64,000 bases of DNA, from the NCBI RefSeq assembly GCF_045037415.1, contig NZ_CP173438.1; one strand, given 5' to 3'. Of the stretch, positions 35,918-52,124 are shown in pieces (position 1 is the first letter of the stretch; each line of letters starts with the position of its first letter). Below the pieces are notes generated by a model that did no database searches, was not told the DNA's origin, and saw nothing but the letters and a program-made list of their open reading frames with translations. Both the position numbers and the translations under genes were made by a program. This DNA is from Escherichia coli (lineage in GTDB: Bacteria > Pseudomonadota > Gammaproteobacteria > Enterobacterales > Enterobacteriaceae).

Positions 35918-37438
35918 ATGTCACTGTCAATTGTTCATACCCGCGCAGCCCTGGGAGTAAATGCGCCCCCAATCACTGTTGAGGTACATATCAGTAAAGG
36001 TCTACCAGGCTTAACGATGGTGGGCTTACCAGAAACAACGGTAAAAGAAGCTCGCGATCGCGTGCGCAGCGCCATTATCAATAGCGGATATGAATATCCG
36101 GCGAAAAAAATCACCATCAACCTTGCTCCAGCCGATCTGCCAAAAGAAGGGGGACGATATGATTTGCCTATCGCTATTGCGTTGCTGGCGGCCTCAGAAC
36201 AGCTTACAGCCAATAAGTTAGATGAATATGAATTAGTCGGAGAACTGGCGCTTACAGGCGCTCTGCGTGGCGTTCCCGGCGCAATCTCCAGTGCAACTGA
36301 AGCTATTAAGTCGGGCAGAAAAATTATCGTCGCGAAAGATAACGAAGATGAAGTGGGGCTAATTAACGGTGAAGGATGCCTGATAGCCGATCATCTGCAG
36401 GCTGTCTGCGCGTTTCTGGAAGGTAAGCACGCTCTCGAACACCCGAAACCAACTAATGCAGTATCCCGGGCGCTACAACATGATCTCAGTGATGTTGTCG
36501 GTCAGGAGCAAGGAAAGCGAGGACTGGAAATTACCGCCGCTGGCGGGCACAACCTTTTACTGATTGGACCGCCGGGAACAGGTAAAACAATGCTCGCCAG
36601 CCGTATTAATGGCCTTTTGCCAGATTTAAGCAATGAAGAGGCACTGGAGAGCGCTGCGATATTAAGTCTGGTAAATGCTGAATCAGTACAAAAACAATGG
36701 CGGCAACGCCCGTTCCGCTCACCTCATCACAGTGCGTCGTTAACTGCGATGGTGGGCGGTGGTGCAATTCCAGGGCCAGGTGAAATTTCGCTGGCGCATA
36801 ACGGCGTGCTTTTTCTTGATGAGCTACCTGAATTTGAACGGCGTACACTGGATGCCTTGCGAGAGCCGATTGAATCCGGGCAGATCCATCTTTCACGCAC
36901 ACGAGCAAAAATAACCTATCCAGCCCGTTTCCAGCTTGTCGCGGCGATGAATCCCAGCCCTACCGGACATTATCAGGGAAACCATAACCGCTGCACACCA
37001 GAACAGACATTACGTTATCTCAACCGGCTCTCGGGGCCCTTTCTCGACCGCTTCGATCTCTCACTGGAGATCCCATTACCGCCTCCCGGCATTTTGAGTA
37101 AAACGGTAGTGCCGGGAGAAAACAGCACCACCGTTAAACAACGTGTAATGGCCGCCAGAGAGCGCCAATTTAAGCGGCAGAATAAACTGAACGCCTGGCT
37201 GGATAATCCGGAAATACGCCAATTCTGCAAGCTTGAGAGCGAAGATGCGCAGTGGCTGGAAGAAACGCTGATCCATCTGGGGTTATCGATTCGTGCCTGG
37301 CAGCGGTTATTGAAAGTTGCACGAACCATTGCTGATATTGATCAGTCTGACATTATCACACGTCAGCATTTGCAGGAGGCAGTTAGCTATCGTGCGATTG
37401 ACCGTTTGCTCATCCATCTGCAAAAACTACTGACATAA
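35918..37438 (+). CDS. yifB: Mg-chelatase-like AAA+ ATPase YifB/ComM
   Basis: ORF track 35888..37438; start trimmed to MSLSIVHTRAALGVNAPP; Walker A GPPGTGKT. Confidence 0.9.
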   Translation: MSLSIVHTRAALGVNAPPITVEVHISKGLPGLTMVGLPETTVKEARDRVRSAIINSGYEYPAKKITINLAPADLPKEGGRYDLPIAIALLAASEQLTANKLDEYELVGELALTGALRGVPGAISSATEAIKSGRKIIVAKDNEDEVGLINGEGCLIADHLQAVCAFLEGKHALEHPKPTNAVSRALQHDLSDVVGQEQGKRGLEITAAGGHNLLLIGPPGTGKTMLASRINGLLPDLSNEEALESAAILSLVNAESVQKQWRQRPFRSPHHSASLTAMVGGGAIPGPGEISLAHNGVLFLDELPEFERRTLDALREPIESGQIHLSRTRAKITYPARFQLVAAMNPSPTGHYQGNHNRCTPEQTLRYLNRLSGPFLDRFDLSLEIPLPPPGILSKTVVPGENSTTVKQRVMAARERQFKRQNKLNAWLDNPEIRQFCKLESEDAQWLEETLIHLGLSIRAWQRLLKVARTIADIDQSDIITRQHLQEAVSYRAIDRLLIHLQKLLT

Positions 37439-37461
37439 AAAAAGGGCATTTCGCCCTTTTT
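37437..37461. terminator. Bidirectional terminator between convergent yifB and maoP
   Basis: aaaagggcatttcgccctttt hairpin flanked by A and T runs. Confidence 0.7.
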
Positions 37462-37462
37462 A

Positions 37463-37801
37463 TTAATCGTCAGAATCGGTGTAGTCTTCAGCACCTTCAA
37501 CCTGCGGTTTACCGCCGGAAAGGGTGTGAAAACGTTTTGGACGCTTGATACGCGTCATATACTTGGACCACACGCGTTCTGCTTCTGTCACTGGTTCACG
37601 TTCGCCACGGCATACTGCTACGAAGAGTTTCTCTTCCTCGGTAACCGGCTCGCGTTTGCCAAGATCCAACTCATTGAAGGCATAACCATGACGCTCAAGC
37701 AGTTGTGCCTCTTTGATGGTGAAGTCACCATGACGAGAGAATCCACGTGGATAATGTTTATTGTCGAAATATCGATTAGTCGTCGTAAAGCTTTCCGCCA
37801 T
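37463..37801 (-). CDS. maoP: Macrodomain Ori protein MaoP (formerly YifE), 112 aa
   Basis: ORF track; [27 protein letters not shown]. Confidence 0.9.
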   Translation of the reverse strand: MAESFTTTNRYFDNKHYPRGFSRHGDFTIKEAQLLERHGYAFNELDLGKREPVTEEEKLFVAVCRGEREPVTEAERVWSKYMTRIKRPKRFHTLSGGKPQVEGAEDYTDSDD

Positions 37802-37826
37802 CCTGCACGCTCCTAATTCTTTGACC

Positions 37827-37843
37827 GAGCTAGTTATGGCGCG
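37827..37843. promoter_or_regulatory. Candidate maoS site (17 bp) in the maoP-hdfR intergenic region
   Basis: atggcgcggagtattag, reverse complement CTAATACTCCGCGCCAT, matches my recollection of maoS; location immediately upstream of maoP. Confidence 0.45.
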
Positions 37844-37919
37844 GAGTATTAGTTACGCTTGACAGAGTGTAAAACAAAACATTTAAATCATAACGACAAA
37901 TAATTTTGCGGAGAGCACT

Positions 37920-38759
37920 GTGGATACGGAATTGTTAAAAACTTTCCTGGAAGTTAGCCGAACGCGTCACTTTGGTCGAGCGGCTGAATCGCTCTATCTG
38001 ACCCAATCAGCCGTGAGCTTTCGAATCAGACAACTGGAAAATCAACTGGGTGTGAATCTTTTCACCCGCCACAGAAACAATATCCGTTTAACCGCTGCCG
38101 GAGAAAAGCTTCTGCCTTATGCAGAAACGCTCATGAGCACCTGGCAGGCCGCCCGCAAGGAGGTGGCGCATACCTCACGACATAATGAGTTTTCTATCGG
38201 TGCCAGCGCCTCGCTGTGGGAGTGTATGCTTAATCAGTGGCTGGGACGCTTGTATCAAAATCAGGATGTCCATACAGGCTTACAGTTCGAAGCGCGAATT
38301 GCCCAACGGCAGTCTCTGGTAAAACAGTTGCATGAACGCCAGCTTGATCTTCTTATTACAACTGAAGCCCCCAAAATGGACGAATTTTGTAGTCAGTTGC
38401 TGGGGTATTTCACTTTAGCGCTTTATACCAGTGCCCCTTCTAAACTAAAGGGAGATCTTAACTATCTGCGACTAGAGTGGGGGCCAGACTTTCAACAGCA
38501 TGAGGCAGGTTTGATCGGTGCTGACGAAGTTCCCATTCTGACAACCAGTTCTGCTGAACTGGCACAGCAACAGATTGCGATGCTTAATGGTTGCACCTGG
38601 CTACCCGTCAGTTGGGCACGTAAAAAAGGCGGCCTGCATACCGTTGTCGATAGCACAACACTTTCACGGCCGCTTTATGCCATATGGCTACAAAATAGCG
38701 ATAAAAATGCGTTGATTCGCGATCTATTGAAAATTAACGTGCTGGATGAAGTGTATTAA
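37920..38759 (+). CDS. hdfR: LysR-family regulator HdfR (279 aa), GTG start
   Basis: ORF track; [33 protein letters not shown]. Confidence 0.9.
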   Translation: MDTELLKTFLEVSRTRHFGRAAESLYLTQSAVSFRIRQLENQLGVNLFTRHRNNIRLTAAGEKLLPYAETLMSTWQAARKEVAHTSRHNEFSIGASASLWECMLNQWLGRLYQNQDVHTGLQFEARIAQRQSLVKQLHERQLDLLITTEAPKMDEFCSQLLGYFTLALYTSAPSKLKGDLNYLRLEWGPDFQQHEAGLIGADEVPILTTSSAELAQQQIAMLNGCTWLPVSWARKKGGLHTVVDSTTLSRPLYAIWLQNSDKNALIRDLLKINVLDEVY

Positions 38760-38820
38760 TCTGAATGGCTGGCAAGGATGCCGGTAGAAGGATTTACTTC
38801 GGAGAGGGTTATTTCAGATA

Positions 38821-38853
38821 AAAAAAATCCTTAGCTTTCGCTAAGGATGATTT
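38821..38853 (-). terminator. rrnC operon distal terminator after trpT
   Basis: aaaaaaatccttagctttcgctaaggat hairpin with U-run on the - strand. Confidence 0.75.
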
Positions 38854-38854
38854 C

Positions 38855-38930
38855 TGGCAGGGGCGGAGAGACTCGAACTCCCAACACCCGGTTTTGGAGA
38901 CCGGTGCTCTACCAATTGAACTACGCCCCT
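38855..38930 (-). tRNA. trpT: tRNA-Trp
   Basis: Reverse complement AGGGGCGTAGTTCAATTGGTAGAGCACCGGTCTCCAAAACCGG...CCA. Confidence 0.9.
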
Positions 38931-38938
38931 AATTAGGG

Positions 38939-39015
38939 TGGCGGAACGGACGGGACTCGAACCCGCGACCCCCTGCGTGACAGGCAGGTATTCTAACCGA
39001 CTGAACTACCGCTCC
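38939..39015 (-). tRNA. aspT: tRNA-Asp
   Basis: Reverse complement GGAGCGGTAGTTCAGTCGGTTAGAATACCTGCCTGTCACGCAGG...CCA. Confidence 0.9.
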
Positions 39016-39067
39016 ACCGAATTCTTTTACAACCACCGGTTTTATGACCGGCTTACTGCTTAATTTG

Positions 39068-39187
39068 ATGCCTGGCAGTTCCCTACTCTCGCATGGGGAG
39101 ACCCCACACTACCATCGGCGCTACGGCGTTTCACTTCTGAGTTCGGCATGGGGTCAGGTGGGACCACCGCGCTAAGGCCGCCAGGCA
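39068..39187 (-). rRNA. rrfC: 5S ribosomal RNA (120 nt)
   Basis: Reverse complement TGCCTGGCGGCCTTAGCGCGGTGGTCCCACCTGACCCCATGCCGAACTCAG...CTGCCAGGCAT. Confidence 0.95.
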
Positions 39188-39287
39188 AATTCTGTTTTAT
39201 CAACACGTCCCGTTATGACCTGTTGATTCAATCTGTTATCAAGCTTACTTATCGATGTCTCTTCCGCCAAAACATCTTCGGCGTTGT

Positions 39288-42191
<2,904 letters not shown>

Positions 42192-42384
42192 TCACAACCC
42201 GAAGATGTTTCTTGCGATTCATCATCGTGTCGCGAAAATTTGAGAGACTCACGAACAACTCTCGTTGTTCAGTGTTTCAATTTTCAGCTTGATCCAGATT
42301 TTTAAAGAGCAAATATCTCAAACATCACCCGAAGATGAGTTTTGAGATATTAAGGCAGGTGACTTTCACTCACAAACCAGCAAG

Positions 42385-42460
42385 TGGCGTCCCCTAGGGG
42401 ATTCGAACCCCTGTTACCGCCGTGAAAGGGCGGTGTCCTGGGCCTCTAGACGAAGGGGAC
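42385..42460 (-). tRNA. gltU: tRNA-Glu in the 16S-23S spacer
   Basis: Reverse complement GTCCCCTTCGTCTAGAGGCCCAGGACACCGCCCTTTCACGGCGG...CGCCA. Confidence 0.9.
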
Positions 42461-42545
42461 GTATCAGTCTGCTTCGCAAGACGCCTTGCTTTTCACTTTC
42501 TATCAGACAATCTGTGTGAGCACTGCAAAGTACGCTTCTTTAAGG

Positions 42546-44087
<1,542 letters not shown>

Positions 44088-44212
44088 AAAAGTTTGATGC
44101 TCAAAGAATTAAACTTCGTAATGAATTACGTGTTCACTCCTGAGACTTGGTATTCATTTTTCGTCTTGCGACGTCAAGAATCCGTATCTTCGAGTGCCCA
44201 CACAGATTGTCT

Positions 44213-44232
44213 GATAAATTGTTAAAGAGCAG
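44213..44232 (-). promoter_or_regulatory. rrn leader boxA antitermination element
   Basis: tgataaattgttaaagagca is the reverse complement of TGCTCTTTAACAATTTATCA. Confidence 0.8.
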
Positions 44233-44268
44233 TGCCGCTTCGTTTTTTCTTAGCGGCGCGGGGTGTGC

Positions 44269-44296
44269 ATAATACGCTCTCCCGCTACAGAGTCAA
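44269..44296 (-). promoter_or_regulatory. rrnC P2 promoter (-35 TTGACT, -10 TATTAT)
   Basis: rc of agtcaa at 44291-44296 and ataata at 44269-44274 with intervening CTGTAGCGGGAGAGCG. Confidence 0.75.
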
Positions 44297-44387
44297 GCAT
44301 TTATTTTTGCTTTCTCTGCCGGAATTCTCAGGAGAATCCCGCTGACCCGGCGGCGTGTTTGCCGTTGTTCCGTGTCAGTGGTGGCGC

Positions 44388-44415
44388 ATTATAGGGAGTT
44401 ATTCCGGCCTGACAA
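44388..44415 (-). promoter_or_regulatory. rrnC P1 promoter (-35 TTGTCA, -10 TATAAT) with AT-rich UP element upstream (about 44416-44460)
   Basis: rc reads TTGTCAGGCCGGAATAACTCCCTATAATGCGCCACCAC. Confidence 0.8.
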
Positions 44416-44567
44416 GAGGAAATTTAAAATAATTTTCTGACCGCGCATTTTTTCAGCAAAAGCCCCGTTAATGTGCCATAAAACAAGCAATTTGCCGTTT
44501 TTGCAACCGTAATCACACTTCCTGGTGGCATACTAAGGAGGAATAAAAAGAAAAAGGAAGATTAGTA

Positions 44568-45260
44568 ATGCCTTTAAGCGCACAACAGTTAGCTGCACAG
44601 AAAAACCTTTCGTATGTTCTGGCTGAAAAGCTGGCGCAGCGGATCTTAAAAGGTGAATATGAACCCGGCACCATTTTGCCTGGTGAGATTGAGCTGGGCG
44701 AGCAATTTGGAGTGAGTCGTACAGCGGTACGCGAAGCGGTCAAAACGTTAACGGCAAAAGGGATGGTTTTACCGCGACCGCGAATTGGTACCCGAGTCAT
44801 GCCACAATCGAACTGGAATTTTCTTGATCAGGAATTGCTTACCTGGTGGATGACAGAAGAGAACTTTCATCAGGTCATCGATCACTTTCTGGTTATGCGT
44901 ATCTGTCTGGAGCCGCAAGCTTGCCTACTGGCAGCAACGGTTGGCACCGCGGAACAGAAGGCGCATCTCAATACGTTAATGGCCGAAATGGCGGCATTAA
45001 AAGAGAACTTTCGCCGTGAACGCTGGATCGAAGTCGATATGGCCTGGCATGAGCATATCTATGAAATGAGCGCCAATCCGTTTTTGACCTCATTCGCCTC
45101 GCTATTCCATTCGGTTTATCACACTTACTTCACGTCAATTACCAGCGACACAGTGATAAAGCTGGATCTGCACCAGGCGATTGTCGATACGATTATCCAA
45201 AGCGATGGCGACGCGGCATTTAAAGCTTGTCAGGCGCTGCTACGCTCACCAGATAAGTGA
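44568..45260 (+). CDS. yieP: GntR-family transcriptional regulator (230 aa)
   Basis: ORF track; divergent from rrnC. Confidence 0.85.
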   Translation: MPLSAQQLAAQKNLSYVLAEKLAQRILKGEYEPGTILPGEIELGEQFGVSRTAVREAVKTLTAKGMVLPRPRIGTRVMPQSNWNFLDQELLTWWMTEENFHQVIDHFLVMRICLEPQACLLAATVGTAEQKAHLNTLMAEMAALKENFRRERWIEVDMAWHEHIYEMSANPFLTSFASLFHSVYHTYFTSITSDTVIKLDLHQAIVDTIIQSDGDAAFKACQALLRSPDK

Positions 45261-45282
45261 TAACCCGATAACAGGACTTTGA

Positions 45283-46710
45283 ATGAGCGATAAAAAGAAG
45301 CGCAGTATGGCGGGTTTGCCGTGGATCGCGGCGATGGCCTTCTTCATGCAGGCACTTGATGCCACTATTCTGAATACCGCCTTACCCGCAATCGCTCATA
45401 GCCTTAATCGTTCTCCTCTCGCGATGCAATCAGCCATCATCAGTTATACGCTGACGGTGGCGATGCTTATTCCGGTAAGCGGATGGCTAGCCGATCGCTT
45501 CGGTACGCGTCGCATTTTTACCCTTGCCGTGAGTCTGTTCACGTTGGGTTCTCTGGCCTGCGCACTTTCCAACTCGCTACCACAGCTGGTTGTCTTCCGG
45601 GTTATTCAGGGGATAGGCGGCGCAATGATGATGCCTGTTGCTCGGCTGGCCTTACTGCGCGCTTATCCTCGTAATGAACTTCTTCCTGTATTGAATTTTG
45701 TCGCCATGCCGGGTCTGGTGGGGCCAATTTTAGGCCCCGTTCTTGGCGGCGTGCTGGTCACCTGGGCAACCTGGCACTGGATATTTTTAATCAATATCCC
45801 CATAGGTATTGCGGGCCTTCTTTACGCGCGCAAACATATGCCCAATTTCACCACCGCACGACGCAGATTCGATACCACTGGCTTTTTGCTGTTTGGCCTC
45901 AGCCTTGTTCTCTTCTCAAGCGGAATAGAGCTATTCGGGGAAAAGATTGTCGCCAGCTGGATTGCCTTGACGGTAATTGTCACCAGCATCTGGTTACTGC
46001 TTCTCTATATTCTCCATGCGCGACGCACGCCAAACCCATTAATTTCATTAGATTTATTTAAAACCCGCACTTTCTCGATCGGTATCGTAGGCAATATTGC
46101 AACCCGTCTGGGGACCGGCTGTGTACCGTTCCTTATGCCATTGATGTTACAGGTAGGATTTGGGTATCAGGCGTTTATTGCTGGCTGTATGATGGCACCG
46201 ACAGCGTTAGGTTCCATTATTGCAAAATCGATGGTTACCCAAGTCTTACGTCGTCTGGGCTATCGCCATACGTTAGTGGGGATCACGGTGATTATTGGGC
46301 TAATGATCGCTCAGTTCTCTTTGCAATCACCAGCAATGGCGATATGGATGCTGATCTTGCCGTTGTTTATATTAGGGATGGCTATGTCGACGCAATTTAC
46401 CGCGATGAATACCATCACACTTGCCGATCTGACCGATGACAACGCCAGCAGCGGTAACAGTGTTCTGGCGGTCACGCAGCAACTGTCTATCAGTTTAGGC
46501 GTTGCTGTAAGTGCGGCCGTCCTTCGCGTTTACGAAGGGATGGAAGGCACAACGACAGTCGAACAATTCCACTATACGTTTATCACGATGGGCATTATTA
46601 CTGTTGCTTCAGCAGCAATGTTCATGCTACTGAAAACAACCGATGGTAATAATTTGATCAAAAGACAGCGTAAATCTAAGCCGAACCGCGTTCCATCAGA
46701 ATCGGAGTAA
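45283..46710 (+). CDS. hsrA: MFS transporter HsrA/YieO (475 aa)
   Basis: ORF track; polytopic membrane protein. Confidence 0.85.
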
Positions 46711-47668
46711 GTTGTAATCGTTGTTGCTGTAGGGTCGGCTGGGTTATCCGATGGATGAGTACATCAATCGCCAGCTCCCCCAGTTCATCTTTCGGTTGGT
46801 GTATAGTTGTTAATGGTGGCGTCATAAAGCTTGCCAGTTCGATATCGTCATAGCCAATCACCGCGATATCCTGCGGAACCTGTAACTCTGCCTGATATAA
46901 CGCCTGGTAAACGCCAACAGCCATAGCGTCATTTCCGGTAAAGACGGCCTGAGGACGCAGCGGATGTGATAACAGTTGGCGCATAGCGTCAAACCCGCCG
47001 TTAAATTCAAAATCACCAGTGACTTCATAGCCATCAGGAATGTTGAGACCCGCACGTTTCATCGCAGCCCGATAACCTTCCAACCGCAGGCGCGCCGGAG
47101 TTTTATCCAGCGGACCGGTAATACAGGCAATACGGGTATGACCTTTATCGATCAGATATTGCGTTGCTAAGTCTCCGCCCAGCAACGAGTTATCCTGAAT
47201 AAGATCGCTGTCGCCATCGAACGGAGCCCAGTCCATCATCACGGTAGGCACTGTCGGATAACGTTGCATGATTTCACGCGAAGGCTGATGCGTTTCGGTG
47301 CACAGTAACAGCAAGCCATCAACGCGTTTTTGCATCAGCGTTTCCAGATTACGATTCATCCGCTGTTCATCGCCTTCGGTATTGCAAAGGACAAGACTAT
47401 AACCGCGTTCGAAGCAGCTGCGTTCAACGCCACGCACCAGTTCTGAATAGAAAGGATTGGTACTGGCAGTGATCAACATGCCAATGGTATGTGTTTGATT
47501 GAGTTTGAGGCTACGCGCCAGAGCTGATGGCGCGTAATTGAGTTCTTTAATCGCCGCTTCAACTTTGGCTGTAATCGCTTCACTGACGAAGCGATCTTTA
47601 TTGATAACGTGAGAAACTGTTGAGGTAGAAACGCCCGCCAGGCGGGCAACATCTTTCATTGTAGCCAA
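46676..47668 (-). CDS. rbsR: Ribose operon repressor (LacI family, 330 aa)
   Basis: ORF track; [24 protein letters not shown] helix-turn-helix. Confidence 0.95.
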
Positions 47669-47671
47669 GCG

Positions 47672-48601
47672 TCACCTCTGCCTGTCTAAAAATGCGTCGA
47701 TCTCTTCACGCCACGGTACGGAAGGTTGTGCGCCTTTACGTGTTACGGCAATCGCAGCGGCTGCATGGGCAAAACGAATCGCCTCTGGCAATGTTTTTTC
47801 TTCCAGCAACGCCGTGATTAACGCGCCGTTAAAGGTATCTCCGGCAGCAATGGTATCGACAGCCTGCACCCGGAATCCAGGAACGCGCTGACCTTCACCA
47901 TTCACGCTAGCCCATACACCACGACTTCCTAAAGTAATCAGTACAGTACGGATACCTTTTTCATGCAGTACCTGCGCCGCCTTCGCTGCATCTTCATCAT
48001 TTTCAACACGAATACCGGTGAGCTTTTCTGCTTCCGTTTCGTTTGGCGTAATAATGTCCACCAGCGCCAGAAGTTCGTCAGGAAGTTCGCGAGCCGGAGC
48101 CGGGTTAAGCGCAACGATAGTCTTATTTTGATGGGCGATTTTCGCCGCTGCCATCACACTTTCGAGTGGTGATTCCAGCTGCATTAATAATGCCGACGCG
48201 TTGGCAATACGCTCACGTTGCGCTTCCACCAGCGCCGGGGAAAGGGCAGCATTAGCGCCGGCATGAATACCGATGACATTCTCACCTTCGCCATTAACAA
48301 AAATCAGCGCCACACCTGTTGATTCGCCTTTGATCACGCTGACCGGAGAAATATCGATATTATCAGTGGCGAGCTGCTGGCGAACGCTCTCACCAATGCT
48401 GTCATCGCCAGTGCAGGCAATAAACGCGATATTCGCACCGCTACGCCCAGCAGCCACCGCCTGATTCGCGCCTTTGCCGCCAAATGCAACCTGATAGTGG
48501 TTACCGGTTACGGTTTCGCCTGGAGTAGGAAAAGATTGAAGATTAAGAATGTGGTCAGCATTAATGCTGCCAAGAACAACGAGGCTGCCTGCGTTTTGCA
48601 T
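47672..48601 (-). CDS. rbsK: Ribokinase (309 aa)
   Basis: ORF track 47672..48628; start trimmed to MQNAGSLVVLGSINADH. Confidence 0.95.
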   Translation of the reverse strand: MQNAGSLVVLGSINADHILNLQSFPTPGETVTGNHYQVAFGGKGANQAVAAGRSGANIAFIACTGDDSIGESVRQQLATDNIDISPVSVIKGESTGVALIFVNGEGENVIGIHAGANAALSPALVEAQRERIANASALLMQLESPLESVMAAAKIAHQNKTIVALNPAPARELPDELLALVDIITPNETEAEKLTGIRVENDEDAAKAAQVLHEKGIRTVLITLGSRGVWASVNGEGQRVPGFRVQAVDTIAAGDTFNGALITALLEEKTLPEAIRFAHAAAAIAVTRKGAQPSVPWREEIDAFLDRQR

Positions 48602-48726
48602 ATTCGGGATGTCCATAAAATGCGCCACCGTGTTAGGGTGGCGCGTGCCCTGCTTTTCTTTATATTACACGTTCATCTGTCGATGACGTATTTATGTCAC
48701 CATCAGGTCATACAACCTGATTAAAA

Positions 48727-49617
48727 CTACTGCTTAACAACCAGTTTCAGATCAACCGGATACTTAGCCTGAACTTTCTCTCCTTTCAGCACTTTATCTG
48801 CGGTTTCGACGCCTTTCGCGCCAATCTGATCGGGTAGCTGAGCGATAGTCGCTGCTAGTTTGCCATCATTCACCGCTTTTTCGCCATCCGGTGTACCGTC
48901 AAATCCGACGACCATCACATCCGATTTACCGGCAGTTTGCAGTGCGCGCAGCGCGCCAAGCGCCATTTCATCATTCTGCGCGAATACAGCCTGAACATCC
49001 GGATGAGCGGTCAACAGGTTCTGCATTACGTTCAAGCCTTTGGTGCGATCAAAATCTGCAGGCTGGCTGGCAAGAACATTAAACTTGTGAGCAGCAACGG
49101 CCTGCTGGAAACCTTCGCCACGTTCACGGGCTGCGGATGTACCGGCAATGCCTTGCAGCTCGATAACTTTGGCACCTTCACCCGCTTTCTTCGCGATGTA
49201 ATCACCGGCGATTTTGCCGCCCAGTACGTTATCAGATGCGATGTGGCTCACCACTTCACCTTTCGTTGCCTGGCGGTCAAGAGTGATAACCGGGATGTTC
49301 GCCTGGTTAGCCATCTTCACAGCATTACCTACTGCGTCGGAGTCGGTCGGGTTAATCAGCAGAATTTTGGTGCCGCGGACGGTTAAGTCCTGCACGTTCG
49401 CCAGCTCTTTCGCCGGGTTGTTCTGGGAGTCCAGCACCACCAGGTTATAGCCAAGTTTATCCGCCTCTTTCTGCGCGCCATCTTTCAGCGATACAAAGAA
49501 CGGGTTGTTAAGCGTGGAGACCACCAGCGCGATGGTGTCTTTTGCCATCGCATTCGCACTGACGGTGGCGCTTAGCGCAACAGCGGAAACCAGGGTAGCC
49601 AGTTTTTTCATGTTCAT
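48727..49617 (-). CDS. rbsB: Periplasmic ribose-binding protein with signal peptide
   Basis: ORF track 48727..49623; start trimmed to [25 protein letters not shown]. Confidence 0.95.
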   Translation of the reverse strand: MNMKKLATLVSAVALSATVSANAMAKDTIALVVSTLNNPFFVSLKDGAQKEADKLGYNLVVLDSQNNPAKELANVQDLTVRGTKILLINPTDSDAVGNAVKMANQANIPVITLDRQATKGEVVSHIASDNVLGGKIAGDYIAKKAGEGAKVIELQGIAGTSAARERGEGFQQAVAAHKFNVLASQPADFDRTKGLNVMQNLLTAHPDVQAVFAQNDEMALGALRALQTAGKSDVMVVGFDGTPDGEKAVNDGKLAATIAQLPDQIGAKGVETADKVLKGEKVQAKYPVDLKLVVKQ

Positions 49618-49641
49618 ATTCAAGATGTCCTGTAGTCGTTA

Positions 49642-50607
49642 TTACTGCTTTTTGTTGTCTACCAGCACCGCCAGCAAAATCACCACCGCTTTGACGATCA
49701 TCTGGTAATAGGAGGAAACACCTAACAAATTCAATCCATTATTAAGGAAGCCAAGAATTAATGCGCCGATCAACGTCCCAACAATGCGACCTTTTCCGCC
49801 CGCCAGACTCGTACCGCCCAGAACCACCGCAGCAATAGCATCCAGCTCATAGCCAGTCCCCGCCGTGGGTTGTGCGGAGGAGAGACGCGCCACTTCAATG
49901 ATCCCGGCCAGCGATGCCAGCAGACCACAAAGAGAATAGACGATGATTTTGATTTTATTGACGTTGATACCAGAAAGACGCGTTGCCGCTTCGTTGCCGC
50001 CCAGCGCGTAGATGTAACGCCCCAGACGCGTGTGATGCAGCATGTACCAGGCCGCGAGGAAGACAATCCCCATGATCCAGACTGGCGTCGGTACGCCCAG
50101 CGGACGACCAATACCAAACCAGCCAAACAGATCGGCGTTCTCAGTAAAGCCGGTATTCACTGGGCTACCATTGGTATAAACCATGGTCACGCCGCGCAGT
50201 AAAAGCATCATAACCAGCGTAGCGATAAACGCCTGGACGCGACCTTTCGCTACAATCACCCCAGTTACCGCACCAATTGCGGCACCTAACGCGAGAGCGG
50301 CAGCGACAGCCACCAGCGCATTGACTTCAATGCCGACGATAGATGCAGCAACTGCGCCGGTCAGCGCCAACAGAGAACCTACCGACAAGTCGATACCCGA
50401 CGTCAGGATCACCAGCGTCATCCCGACCGCCATAATGGCGTTCACCGAGGTTTGCTGAAGAATATTGAATAAGTTATTGATGGTGAAAAAGTTCGGGCTT
50501 AACGTCGAGACAATCGCGATCAGCACCAGCAGAGCGATAAGCGATTTCTGCTCCATCAGCCACGCTTTCGTGAAATAACGGCGACCAGAGACAGTCTGGG
50601 TTGTCAT
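49642..50607 (-). CDS. rbsC: Ribose ABC transporter permease
   Basis: ORF track 321 aa. Confidence 0.95.
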   Translation of the reverse strand: MTTQTVSGRRYFTKAWLMEQKSLIALLVLIAIVSTLSPNFFTINNLFNILQQTSVNAIMAVGMTLVILTSGIDLSVGSLLALTGAVAASIVGIEVNALVAVAAALALGAAIGAVTGVIVAKGRVQAFIATLVMMLLLRGVTMVYTNGSPVNTGFTENADLFGWFGIGRPLGVPTPVWIMGIVFLAAWYMLHHTRLGRYIYALGGNEAATRLSGINVNKIKIIVYSLCGLLASLAGIIEVARLSSAQPTAGTGYELDAIAAVVLGGTSLAGGKGRIVGTLIGALILGFLNNGLNLLGVSSYYQMIVKAVVILLAVLVDNKKQ

Positions 50608-50611
50608 TTTT

Positions 50612-52117
50612 TTACTCCTGATTCACGCGATTAAGCTTGCCCACAGCGGCAGCCATTAACACTTCTTGGGTGGCCTGCTCACGAGTAAATTCCCCGCTGA
50701 GATGCCCTTCATGCATGACGATGATGCGATCGCTCATGCCTAATACTTCTGGCATCTCCGATGACACCAGAATGATGCTCAAGCCATCGGCTTTGAACTG
50801 GTTAATCAGTTGATAGATCTCTTTTTTCGCGCCGACATCTACGCCACGGGTAGGCTCATCGAGGATCAACACTTTAGGGCGTGTCATCAGACCACGGGCA
50901 ATCGCTACTTTTTGCTGATTGCCACCGGAAAGCAGACCAATTGCCTGTTCCATCGATGGCGTTTTCACATTAAACAGACGAATGAAATCACTCACAGCCT
51001 GCTGTTCATCGGCATGCTTCAAACTGCCGCCAGCGCGGCTGAAGTAGCGCAGCGCGGTCAGCGACATGTTCTCTTTTACTGACATGCCCAGCACTAAACC
51101 GTCACGTTTACGGTCTTCGGAGATATAAACAATGCCGTTTGCCAGGCCATCCTGCGGCGAACGGGTAACGACTTCATGCCCATCCAGGGTGACGTAACCG
51201 CTTGTGCGCGGCAGTGCGCCGTAGAGCACTTTCATCAGTTCGGTACGCCCAGCGCCCATCAAACCAGAGACGCCAAGAATTTCGCCTTTGCGTAAAGTAA
51301 AAGAGACATCGTTAACGCCAGGTCCGCAGAGATTATCGACTTTCAGGCGGATATCTCCCGGCGCTTTGTCCAGGTGCGGATATTGATCTTCCAGCTTGCG
51401 GCCCACCATCATCTCAATCAGAGAATCTTCGGTCAGTGATGCCACTTCACGCTCAGCAATAAATTGTCCGTCACGAAAAACGGTAACGTCATCGCAAATC
51501 TCGAAGATTTCTTTCATGCGGTGGGAGATATAGACAATACCGCGGCCTTGCAATTTCAGCTCGCGGATGACGCGGAACAAGGATTCGGTTTCGGTATCGG
51601 TCAGCGCATCGGTCGGTTCATCCATAATGATGACTTTCGACTCAAAGCTCAGCACTTTGGCGATTTCAACCATTTGCTGGTCACCGATGGAAAGATCACC
51701 CACCAGTTTGTCGCTTTTAAAGCGCAGGTTAAGTTTAGCCAGCAATTTATCCGCTTCGGCATACATGGTTTTCCAGTCAATTTTGCCAAAGCGATTAACA
51801 AACTCACGACCGAGGAAAATGTTTTCGGCAATGGTTAACTGCGGGATCAGGTTCAGTTCCTGGTGGATAATCCCAATCCCGGCTTCCTGGGAAGATTTCG
51901 GCCCGGTAAATGTCGTTTCTTTCCCCAACCATAAAAGCGTACCGGCATCGCGAGTATAGATACCAGTAAGCACTTTCATCATGGTGGATTTACCCGCGCC
52001 GTTTTCGCCCACCAGCGCCATCACGCGGCCCGGATAGACATTTAACGCTGCGCCCGAGAGGGCTTTTACGCCCGGAAAGGCTTTATCGATGCCTTTAAGC
52101 TGAAGTAATGCTTCCAT
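50612..52117 (-). CDS. rbsA: Ribose ABC transporter ATPase (two ABC domains)
   Basis: ORF track 501 aa; Walker [10 protein letters not shown]. Confidence 0.95.
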   Translation of the reverse strand: MEALLQLKGIDKAFPGVKALSGAALNVYPGRVMALVGENGAGKSTMMKVLTGIYTRDAGTLLWLGKETTFTGPKSSQEAGIGIIHQELNLIPQLTIAENIFLGREFVNRFGKIDWKTMYAEADKLLAKLNLRFKSDKLVGDLSIGDQQMVEIAKVLSFESKVIIMDEPTDALTDTETESLFRVIRELKLQGRGIVYISHRMKEIFEICDDVTVFRDGQFIAEREVASLTEDSLIEMMVGRKLEDQYPHLDKAPGDIRLKVDNLCGPGVNDVSFTLRKGEILGVSGLMGAGRTELMKVLYGALPRTSGYVTLDGHEVVTRSPQDGLANGIVYISEDRKRDGLVLGMSVKENMSLTALRYFSRAGGSLKHADEQQAVSDFIRLFNVKTPSMEQAIGLLSGGNQQKVAIARGLMTRPKVLILDEPTRGVDVGAKKEIYQLINQFKADGLSIILVSSEMPEVLGMSDRIIVMHEGHLSGEFTREQATQEVLMAAAVGKLNRVNQE

Positions 52118-52124
52118 GACGGCC

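Noticed and set aside
35712-35982. Two small + strand ORFs (61 and 82 aa) in the ilv promoter / yifB upstream region
   Set aside because: AT-rich promoter DNA; the second merely runs into the true yifB start in another frame
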